Source: Octopus vulgaris
Lineage: Eukaryota
Direction of reading: 5' to 3'
Assembly: GCA_951406725.2 (NCBI GenBank)
Contig: OX597831.1
Span: 45,136,001-45,200,000, forward strand
DNA: 64,000 nt
A program made the position numbers and the translations under genes. This document shows positions 39,305-50,130 of this stretch, piece by piece; within the stretch, counting starts at the first letter, position 1; every line of letters begins with the position of its first letter. Under the pieces are notes generated by a model. That model was given only the letters and a program-made list of their open reading frames with translations. It did not search any database and was not told the origin of the DNA.

Positions 39305-40200
39305 ATAGCGGGTGCAGTGATTAAATAGTATAAATTATGCAAAAATGGAAATAACACAGACATATCATTTTAACAGATATATTTTCCAAAATAACATGAA
39401 AATATCTTGAAATACTAAAGAATAAATTTATTCGATAAAATCGCCATCGGCTTCAACCATGGCCTCCAGACGACTTCAGAATCTCCTGCAACTCTTCTGG
39501 ATGGGCTTCTTGTTTAAGTTGGTGAATGCTGCCATAATCCTTGCCTTCAGTTCATCTTTGGTGTTACAAAGAGTTTTGTCGGCCTCTCACTCAACTGTGC
39601 TTCACACATAATAATCAAGGGGGTTGTAGTCTGAGGAGTTAGGAGGCCAGATGTTAGGGGAGATGTGGTCGCAGAAATTGTCTGACAGTCATGACTGGGT
39701 TCTTCTGCTTGTGTAGTATGGTGCAGAGTCTTGTTGCCAGACATAGGGTCTTTCAGTAGCCACCCTCTTAACCCAGGGCAGCACTACCTCCTCCAGGCAC
39801 TTAATGTAGGCCTCTATGTTGAGTCTGAACCATGTGGAAAGATGAATGGAGGTATAATGTCACCATCACTAATGGTCACTCCAAACACCATGATGTTGAC
39901 TGGATGTTTGATTTTTATCACTCTTGGTACATGACCTCAGATTGCACTGTCCTCAGATTGACACTCAAACACTTGGAAATATTCATATTGGAGCTTCCAG
40001 CACAAATGCCAAGCTGTACAACATGTTGTTTCAAAATTTCTAGCCAGGCAAATTGTGTCATGGTACTGTTTTTCTCACAGACAGTGCCCAACTGACCCTA
40101 CTATACAGTGTAGTCAACAAAATGGAAAACAAACTATGCACATGCACGAAATTAAAAATATAGAATGATGAAAATGACAATGTACTCATCGCACCCTGTA
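39305..40200 (-). mobile_element. Internally deleted Tc1/mariner superfamily element (maT/DD37D-like)
   Basis: WQQDSAP...IWPPNSSDYNPLDYYV...SRLEAMVEADGDFIE; termini GGGTGC.../...GCACCCTG flanked by TA. Confidence 0.8.
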
Positions 40201-40211
40201 TATGTGTGTGT

Positions 40212-40420
40212 CAGAAATGTTAGCACGCCGGGCGAAATGCTTAGCTGCCGTTACATTCTGAGTTCAAATTCCGCTGAGGTCAACTTTGCCTTTCATCCTT
40301 TCGGGGTTGATAAATTAAGTACCAGTTATGCACTGGGGTTGATGTTATCGACTTAATCCCTTTGTCTGTCCTTGTTTGTCCCCTCTGTGTGTAGCCCCTT
40401 GTGGGCAGTAAAGAAATAAA
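40212..40420 (+). mobile_element. SINE family B
   Basis: Family match. Confidence 0.85.
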
Positions 40421-40520
40421 ATATATATATGTATATGCATACACACATGCATGTATATATATATGCATACACATATATGTATATGCATATATATATATAT
40501 GCATGTGTCTGTGTGTGTGC

Positions 40521-40560
<40 letters not shown>

Positions 40561-40632
40561 AACATATATAGATGGACAGACATACATGCATGCATGCACA
40601 CACACACACACACACACACACATACATACACG

Positions 40633-40667
<35 letters not shown>

Positions 40668-40813
40668 GGTGGAATTCCTGAACATTGACCTGCAATTATT
40701 TCTAGTTCAGATAATAGTCGAGACAGGTGTGCTTGCTGGCAGTCCTCTTAAGCTGACTAGTTTTCTCAACTATGACATCAACGTATGAACTGTAGTCAGC
40801 AATCTGATGGTAT

Positions 40814-40853
<40 letters not shown>

Positions 40854-40935
40854 GGTGGTGGTGGTGGTGGTGGTGGTGGTGGTGGTGGTGGTGGTGGTGG
40901 TGGTGGTGGTGGCGGCGGGGGCGGCGGTGCCGCCG
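40814..40935. repeat. Compound (TGT)n-(GGT)n-(GGC) trinucleotide tract
   Basis: Direct reading. Confidence 0.95.
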
Positions 40936-41363
40936 CTGTTGATGGTCTTGCAGCTGGTACTGGTCGTTGGGATGGTGCTTACATAGAAAACATGCCTTAT
41001 CACAATGTTATTTAACCCCAGGTCAACCTTGATTGAGCAGGCCCATGACCAAAGGCATCAAGTCATGATCATCCTGTCTTTTACTAGACTAGTCCACTTT
41101 AGAATACATGATCCACTATGTCCACTATGTCCTTTCCCCACTATGTCACCATAAGCTATTTGACTGCTATTTCTTGGAAGTCATATGACCATGTAACCAT
41201 GTGACCATCGTTGGCTCACATCAATCTCATTAATTTTCACAATGCTACGGTTCTGCTGCTTACCCAGTAATCTCTCAGCCTGCTAGAAATAACAACCAAA
41301 TTACCCCAAGTCACACCCAACTAATTTTAAAAAAGGAAGGACATAATAAACAATGTCTTAGAC

Positions 41364-41991
41364 CTGTGGTTCTCAACTGGAGTCCATATGGCCCTTGGGG
41401 GTTCTATATAAGATTTTGTTGTTAAAATTTATTTACAATAAATTGGTTATATACAATACACAAAATATTTTAATAGGCTTGCTTAGGAACCACATGGTTC
41501 TGGGTTCAGTCCCACTGCATGGCACCTAGGGCAAGTGTCTTCTACTATAACCTCGGGCCAACCAGAGCCTTGTGTGTGGATTTGATAGACGGAAACTGAA
41601 AGAAGCCCGTTGCAAAAATATGTGTGTGTGTGTGTGTGTGTGTGTGTTTGTCCTCCCCACCAACATCGCTTGACAACCAGTGCTGGTGTGTTTACATCCC
41701 CGTCACTTAGCAGTTCAGTAAAAGTGACCGATACAATAAGTACTAGGCTTATAAAGAATAAGTCCTGGAGTCGATTTGCTCGACTAAAGGCGGTGCTCCA
41801 GCATGGCCACAGTCAAATGACTGAAACAAGTAAAAGAATAAAAGAGAGTAATTATTATTGTACAATTCCCAATAATATCTAATTATAAAAATATATTGGA
41901 ATATTTTTAACATTGAATAGCTAGGACGGGCCATCCAAGTAAAACAGGAACCAAAGGGGTCCATAGGCAAAAAAATCGTTGAGAAATGCTG
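41364..41991. mobile_element. hAT (Charlie-like) MITE with nested SINE A (about 41477-41848)
   Basis: Termini CTGTGGTTCTCAAC / GTTGAGAAATGCTG; 8-bp flanks TCTTAGAC and TCCTAGAT; a related fragment lies at about 49005-49110. Confidence 0.75.
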
Positions 41992-42457
41992 TCCTAGATA
42001 ATAATAATAATAATAATAACAATAATAATAATGCACATGGTTGGAATGAATTTAATCATAAGTCTTCTCAGTAAAACAATGCCAACAACTGCATGTTGTT
42101 ACAAACCTGTATTACTCCATTTCCTATTAGGTGGACTGTGCCATTTCTCTTATTGTCTTGGCCATCAACTCAACACAACACCAATAACATTGATATAAAT
42201 TGCTGACCTCCAGCTTCGTATTGATTTTGCCAACCACTCTCTCTCATACAATTTTCTATATAATCTGTTCTCTTTTTCCATATAATTTATTCGCTTAACA
42301 TGTTCATATATGGCGGATATGATCTTGCAATTGTGAAGCTAAAAATAACTTTAATTTAGAAATTATATGTCTGTGAAATCCTCGCTATGAACTGATCAGG
42401 AATTGATTTTAATAGTAAATAGTCAAAAATGAGTGGGTGTTATAATAATAGCCTAAC

Positions 42458-42516
<59 letters not shown>

Positions 42517-43673
42517 TCCTTAAATGCCCACATCGTTTTTATGAAACCTCAGTAGTTATATAAAACATTTATGGTGGAAGGTTGTTGGGAGTTTTGAAAT
42601 CCAACATTATCAATGTGTGTGTGTGTGTGTTTGTGTATGTGTGTGTGTGTATATATATATATATGTGTGTGTGTGTTTATATATATATATATATCATCGT
42701 CATCATCATTTAACGTCCACTTTCCATGCTGGCATGAGTTGGACAGTTTGACTGAAAACTGATAAGTCGGCAGGTTCATATCTGATTTGGTAAGGTTTCT
42801 ACTACTGGATGCCCTTTCTAATGCCAATCACTCCGAGAGTGTAGTGGGTGTTTTTTACATGCCACCAGCACAGGTGCTAAAGATCTGACACTGGCATTGG
42901 CCACAACTATGATCTTGGTTTGAGTCTCTATGTCCGAGTCTCTATTTGCTGTCCGGCAATGTTTATTAAGACACATTTTGTGATGTCAGGCGCGAAAATA
43001 CCTTAAGCTAAGCCTGAAAGCAATGAAGTCATAAAAGAATCATCCATAACTTGCAGTGAGCAATATTTATTAAAATAAAAGTATTAAGAACACAGAATAA
43101 CATGTAACAAAAACAATTTGCAAATATATTTACATTCCCATATAACAGTTAAGAACATCACCATTATTATATTACGCATGTGCGGAAGTGTTTGTTCAAC
43201 TAAGTGCTGCTGGCTTAATTACGCACGACTCAAGTTAGAGAAGGGGTGCGTATTATACACAAGGTTTAGGTTTTTCAGAGGTACAGCCCTGTAAAATTCC
43301 CCTGCATATTATACTCAAGGGCAGACTATTCTTGAAGATTTAGGGTAATGATGAGGGTGGTGAGGATGAGGAAAAAGAAGAAAAAAAGAAATGCCTATAT
43401 TTTTAGAATATAAAAAGAGACAATGGCTGTTGGTGTTCCTTTTGTAAAAGTATATTTGCATCAATGAATAAGAGTTAATGGTCCAAGGTGTAGATGAAGC
43501 CTTTTAGTCAAACAGATGTATCTATCATCATACACACTCTTTATTTTCTCATCAATTATGTTGCTGTCACCTCTGACCCATTTTTCTTGGATTCAAAAAC
43601 AAAATAATGATTATTTTTTTAATGGATATTTTTTTAACAAGAAAAAAATACAAAAGATGGAAAGGAAAGAAGA

Positions 43674-43738
<65 letters not shown>

Positions 43739-44199
43739 TGTTTGTGTTGTGTGTGTGTAGAGGAACAGCTGTTGGGGTTTGAACTCAGCTTGATCAAAGG
43801 TGTGTCCTATTGGTTGTGACACTAAGTAGTTTGTAAATTCAAGAAAAACACAAGGTGTGAATCTTAAGTAGTAATATCAGTAACAGCAGTAGCAGCAGCC
43901 ACAGTAGTAGTAGTAGTAGTAGAGTAACAGCATTAGCAGAAGCTGTAGCGGTGGTAGGAGGAGGAGGAGTAGGAAGAGGAGGAGCTCAAGTAGAACTCAA
44001 GCTGTGAAAGGGTGGTTATAAGATCAAAGATCAAAGTAACCAATTGTTGTTAACATATTTTAGCAAATACTCAGCCTGTTAAGCAGGTTTTTTTTTTAAT
44101 AAAATCTAAGACTTAAAACATATGCCGTCTCTGTTTTGGTGACATATAGAGAGTTAATTGTCACAGATTTTGCTGTTATATTTATTGTTTATTATAGCA

Positions 44200-44369
44200 T
44201 AGATGTAGGTCAAGTAGTAACTATGTTGAGAAATTCCCTGAATTGGATCTGTTATTGAGGTTTTTTTTTTTTTTTTTGAGATAAAGGTAGCAGTTAGGTT
44301 GTAGGATTTGGAATAGGTATAAGATATGATCTGTGGTAGAACTGACTGTTTGTTGATGGGACTTAGGAC

Positions 44370-44401
<32 letters not shown>

Positions 44402-44850
44402 ATGTAGCTTAAGATGTAGGCTGAGAATGTCCCTGAATCTGTTTTTGAGATTTGAGATAAAGCTAGCAGTCAAGTTACAGGATCTGGATCGGGGATTAGA
44501 TATGGTCTGTGGTAGAACTGACTGTTTGTTAATGGGACTTAGGACATAGATAGATAGGTAGGTAGACAGATAGATCGATAGATAAATAGATACATACATA
44601 CATACATACATACAGAGACAGACAGAAAGATAGATAGATAGATTGATTGACAGACAGACAGACAGACAGACAGATAGATAGATAGATAGACATACAGATA
44701 GATTGACAGACAGATAGATAGATAGACAGAAAGATAGACAGACAGAAAGATAGACAGACAGATAGATAGACAGACAGATAGATAGATAGATGTGGTCTAA
44801 GTTGTAGGCTGAGTAGTAACTACGCTGAGAGGCTCCCTGAATTTGCTTTT
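44200..44850 (+). repeat. Local tandem duplication with (GATA/GACA)n tracts
   Basis: GATATG.TCTGTGGTAGAACTGACTGTTTGTT.ATGGGACTTAGGACATAGATAG occurs at about 44323 and 44499. Confidence 0.85.
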
Positions 44851-44989
44851 GAGTTTTAGTGGTTAGTGTATAAGATTTAGATCAGAGATAGATAGGAACT
44901 ACTAAGTTCTGAGGATGTAAACACACCAACACTAGTTATCAAGCAGTGGTGTGAGACAAACACAGAAACAAAGACACACGCATGTATTA

Positions 44990-45181
44990 TCATGCTTGAT
45001 AGCTAAATCCACATGTTTTTTTTTTTTTATTCTCTCTCTCTGTTTATTTTCTCTTATTCCTTTCTGTTGAAGAGCGTAGGCTCGAAATGTAAAAGAGTTT
45101 CTCACTTTCCCGAACATCAGACTAATACACCTGCTTTTTGTTCATACTCCTGTTGTCGTCTTTTGTTTTGCTGTAAATTTC

Positions 45182-45190
<9 letters not shown>
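44990..45190 (+). mobile_element. Short element ending at (TA)n with variant minimal hammerhead (A6U core)
   Basis: 45060-45095: CTTT CTGTTGA A GAGC GTAG GCTC GAAAT GTA AAAG. Confidence 0.6.
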
Positions 45191-45216
<26 letters not shown>

Positions 45217-45445
45217 CTCTAGTTTCAGCTCAGAGCTACGGCCATGCTGATGCATATATATGTATATGCACACATATATATATATATGTATGTATATAAG
45301 AAAAAGGGACAGGCAAAACAGGTTGCTTGACCGCATACCGAAAAATAGAAATAGCAGTCAAGAATGCTTATTTCTATCAAAGTTGGACTCCGGGCATGAC
45401 AGACCCTATGTATATATATGTAGATATATATTTATGTATATATGT

Positions 45446-45491
<46 letters not shown>

Positions 45492-45546
45492 TACATGTAT
45501 ATATGTATATATATATATATATATAATATATATACATGTATATATG

Positions 45547-45626
<80 letters not shown>

Positions 45627-45661
45627 TACATGCATATCTATCTATCTATCATGCATATCTA

Positions 45662-45714
<53 letters not shown>

Positions 45715-45879
45715 GGCTTCTTTCAGTTTCTGTCAACCAAATCCACTTATAGAGTGGATTTGGTTGGTAAGCAAGCTCCTTACCACACAGCCACGTCTGT
45801 GCCTTAATCAGTAATATAATAAAACTTTGATTCTCTGTAGTGAAAATTTAATAAATTGTTTGTTTTGTTATTCTTGCAG

Positions 45880-45991
45880 TTGTTCTTGTTGGAGACTCAG
45901 GAGTCGGAAAGACTAACCTACTTTATAGGTTTACACGAAATGACTTCAATTCAGAAAGTAAAAGTACGATCGGTGTTGAATTTGCAACCAG
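45880..45991 (+). CDS. Rab11: Rab11-family GTPase, coding exon (G1 P-loop, switch I)
   Basis: ttcttgcag|..[36 protein letters not shown](R)|gtgagt; 112 nt, phase 1 to phase 2. Confidence 0.95.
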
Positions 45992-47339
45992 GTGAGTGTT
46001 GTCATTGTTTCTTATCATATGTACTGTTAGGTAGGGTCCACTGCTGGAGAGGCAGGTTATGTAGTCAGTCCATTGCTGGTCAAGTTTTGGATGTTGGACT
46101 GTCAACAATCCTTTAATGTGTTAACTCTCAAATTGCATGATGCACCTTGGTATAAGCACGTAAACTGTAGGTGCAAGTTTCTGTGGCAAACAATTGGAGA
46201 CTTGTATTATCAAGAAATGTTTTATTAGGTTAGATTGTTGATTTTAAATCCTACCATGAGTACCACTAGGGACAAAAAAAATGGTTTCTACCAAGGTAAC
46301 TTACCCTAGATATATTACAGAGAGAGAGAGAGAGAGAGAGTGTGTGTGTGTGTGTGTATGTGGTAAGGGAGGTTTGATGGTTGGTGGGAGCAGAGAGAGA
46401 TATATGGTTTGAGATAAACTGGGCAGTTGGTCTCCCTCAAGGTCCAGTCCTTCTGGCAGTGTGATGACTTGTGTGTCTCAATGGCCCTGAAGACCACACC
46501 AGCAGAGCATAAGCTTCTGGCAAGGGCCTCTCATGCTTAACAGGCCAAAGGACTAAGGCCAAACTGATATGATCCACCTCTTCATGGAGGTGAAAAATGG
46601 GTTTGCATTGAGCAAACATCTATACCTAGAAAAAAGGCAAATCGCTGACACATGAAAACCAAGACCTGGGAGAGGAAAATCTTCCTTCAAGGAAACATCA
46701 AGATGATGTTTGAAACTGGAAGGACAGTACAGGTAACATAGGCAATAAAAAAGCAGGGATCCATTTGGTGAGAAGCAGAAAAAACAATCTAGAGTTGAGA
46801 AGTGGAGAAAATTTTTCAATGGCCTGTGCTCCATAGGGAATAAAGAGTTTGAGACAGACTGTGCAGACTGGTTCTTTAGGTGCTAGGACAAACATTGAAA
46901 GATGATCGACAGAAGCTGAGCTGGAAATTGATGTAGATTGGGATAGACGATTGATGGGACTCGGTCAGATGTGATCTCAGGTAGATTGGCGAGTTTGGTC
47001 TGTTGTAGCTGGGGCAAAGATTGGTTGTTATTGTTGTTGTGAGCTAGATTGTGGACTCAGCTCACGGTAATCTGATAATTTTTAATTAGACAATATTCAT
47101 TAACTTAGACTACTAATAGTTAGTTTACAACAAAGTTGCATCACACACAGACACACACACACACACACACACACACAGGCAGAGAGTGACAGATAGACAG
47201 AAGTTCGCTTCCCAACCACATGGTTTCAGGTTCTGTCCCACTAGACGTTAACTTGGAGAAGTGTCTTCTACTACATGTCTGAATCAACCAAAGCCTTGTA
47301 GGTAGATTTGGTACATGGAAATTGAAAGAAGCCTGTTGA

Positions 47340-47376
<37 letters not shown>

Positions 47377-48014
47377 ATATATAACAAAACCAGTAATGCT
47401 TTCTCTATATAATTTTTTTAAAATTATTTTTATTAAACTTCTTAAATTGAAATGTCTTATACTTACTTCTGTGCTATTTCCACCTCCATCTTTTATACAC
47501 ACACACACATGCACACATATATATACATATAAGCAAATATGTATGTATGTATATCTATATGTGTATATGTGTGGGCGTCACCTTTTCTTGACATCAAGTG
47601 ACAGCTGTAAGCAAACATCACCTACATACAAGCAGTGTCATTCATTTCGAGTCTTGAGTGACAACATATCTAGGCAAAGAGAGATATGACCTTGCTTGAA
47701 AATGCATAAGAGTTGGCAACTGGAGGCTCATCTGACTATTGAAAATCTACCTCAACTGATTTCCTGGAACCCATACCCATACAGATACAGAAAAGCAGAT
47801 GTTAAAACGACAACGATGACACTTGAATAGCAAACAGCATATATAGCTTACATGTCTTTATTTCTAAACTGAATCATTACTAAGATCAGTGTTTATCTAT
47901 TGATTTATCTGTTAACCTGGTTTTCTGTTTCTGTCTTCAATGCAATATGATATAATTATATGCATTACTGTTTTGTACAATGCAGTAAGATAAAGTTTAA
48001 TAATAATATTGTGC

Positions 48015-48668
48015 TAAAAGGTGGCGAGCTGGCAGAATCGTTAGCACACCGGGCGAAATGCTTAGTGGTATTTCGTCTGCTGTTACATTCTGAGTTCAAA
48101 TTCCGCCAAGGTCAACTTTGCCTTTCATCCTCTCGGGGTCGATTAAATAAGTACCAGTTATGCACTGGGGTCGGTGTATTCGACTTAATACCTTTGTCCT
48201 TGTTTATCCCCTCTATGCTTAGCCCCTTGTGGGCAATAAAGAAATAAGAAACGTTAGCATGCCAGGCAGAATGCTTAGCAGTATTTCATCTGTCTTTACA
48301 TTCTGAGTTCAAATTCTGCCGAGGTTGACTTTGCCTTTAATCCTTTCGGGGTCAATAAATTAAGTACCAGTTGTGTACTGGGGTAGATCTAATCGATTGG
48401 CCCTGTCCCCCAAAATTTTGGTCCTTTTGTCTAGTGTAGAAAAGATTATTAAAGGCAGCGAGCTGGCAGACATGTTAGCACACTGGGCAAAATGGTTAGC
48501 GGTATTTTATCTGTCGTTATGTTCTGAGTTCAAATTCCGCCAAGGTCAACTTTGCCTTTCATCCTTTTGGGGTCAATAAATTAAGTACCAGTTGCGTACT
48601 GAGGTTGATCTAATTGACTGGCCCACTCCCCCAAAATTTCAGGCCTTGTGCCTAGGGTAGGAAAGAAT
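48015..48668 (+). mobile_element. SINE B trimer, head-to-tail
   Basis: Units start at about 48017, 48247 and 48451, with two alternative tails. Confidence 0.88.
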
Positions 48669-48773
48669 AATAATTTTGTACTGTTCAATTCATCACAATA
48701 CTTTGTATAGATGGTGAAGTGGTAGAGTTCTTTAGAACAATACAGCATTAAATTGAATTCTTTGCCATGCATA

Positions 48774-48805
<32 letters not shown>

Positions 48806-49939
48806 TCCTATCTCTCTCTCTCATTCTTTTTCTCTGATAAATCATCCATCATCTCTGGCAGACCTGAAATAGGATGAGCTCTGCTAGGTTTGCAAATACC
48901 TAAGATGCAATGTACACCATAACTGTGATCCTATGATGCCATCTAGAATTGAGGACCCAAATCAAGTCAAAGCAGTATTTTATAGCAATTACTTTTCCTT
49001 GCTTCAGTCCCAAAGTTCTCAACTGGGATCCATATAAAATTTTGTTGTTAAAATTTATCTGCAGTAAATTGGTTGTACTTCTACAAAAAGCAACATATCT
49101 TAACAGTTGTGTTTATTTTTACAGTCTATAATAATAAATGCAGGAACAAATTTCTGTGTGTCAGTGTGTCACACTTTGACCTTCCTCTCTCACATGCTGA
49201 TAATTGTGGTTGTGGTGGTGGTAGCTGAGGTGGTCAAACATGACGGTGATAGTAAGGGATGTGAACAACAGTGGTGATGGTGGTGGCATGAGAAGTCTGA
49301 ATGGTGTGTGTATGGCAGTTGTGGTGGCGATGGTGGTGGTACTGGAGATGGTGTGATGGTTGAAAACAATCAACAAAATAGAGAAAGAAAGAAAGAGGTT
49401 AGACAGAAAAATAAGTGTACTGACCCCAGAATGGGAAGACAAAAAGTGTTTATCATGAAGCTTTGCAATAAGTTCCAAGTCCACATATTATATCATTGTT
49501 CTGACGAAAATTGTTCATGGCTTGAAAAATATTGGTCAATTTTTAAAATTGTGAAACAGGTCAGTTGATCCAAAATTCTTTGTAAACTCTTTGTATCTCT
49601 TTCTGTGTATATATATACTACCAAAATATGACCTTTTTGAACTTAGAATTTTCTGTATATATATACAGATATTTCCAAACAAACATGATTTTTAATGAAA
49701 TCCTAGGTTTTATGAACTTGTTAATAATTTCTCAAAAAATTTTTTCTGTAAACTGTTTTTAACATCTTATTATTATTATCAAAGAATGTATATAAGTATT
49801 GTTATATTTTGTGACAACCAGTACCTAACACAACAAAGCTTTTACATGTTACTTTTGACAATCTTTTTCTAAAAAAGTGAAGCCAGTCAAGTAAATAAAC
49901 ATCTTTTAAAATTGCATTTCCTTCTTTCATATATATACA

Positions 49940-50112
49940 TACATATATACGATGGGCTTCTTTCAGTTTCCATCTACCAAATCCACTCACAAGGCTTTGG
50001 TCGGCCCGAGGCTATAGTAGAAGACACTTGCCCAAGGTGCCACACATTGGGACTGAACCCAGAACCATGTGGTTGGTAAGCAAGCTACTTACCACACAGC
50101 CACTCCTACGCC
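49940..50112 (-). mobile_element. SINE family A 5' half
   Basis: Family match. Confidence 0.88.
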
Positions 50113-50130
50113 TACATATATATATATATA

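Noticed and set aside
40785-41015. Poly-Cys/poly-Gly ORF
   Set aside because: Trinucleotide tract with no splice or homology support.
42208-42338. Possible - strand exon (LHNCKIISAIYEH...)
   Set aside because: Weak donor and no homology; could not be joined confidently to the candidate gene.
42300-42360. YDLAIVKLK resembling a trypsin Asp motif
   Set aside because: In-frame stop follows and no other protease exons were found.
43760-44090. Possible Rab11 promoter or exon 1 (ATTGG box, AGT/GGA repeats)
   Set aside because: No ATG...Y/F-K phase-1 exon with a donor was found; exon 1 remains unlocated.
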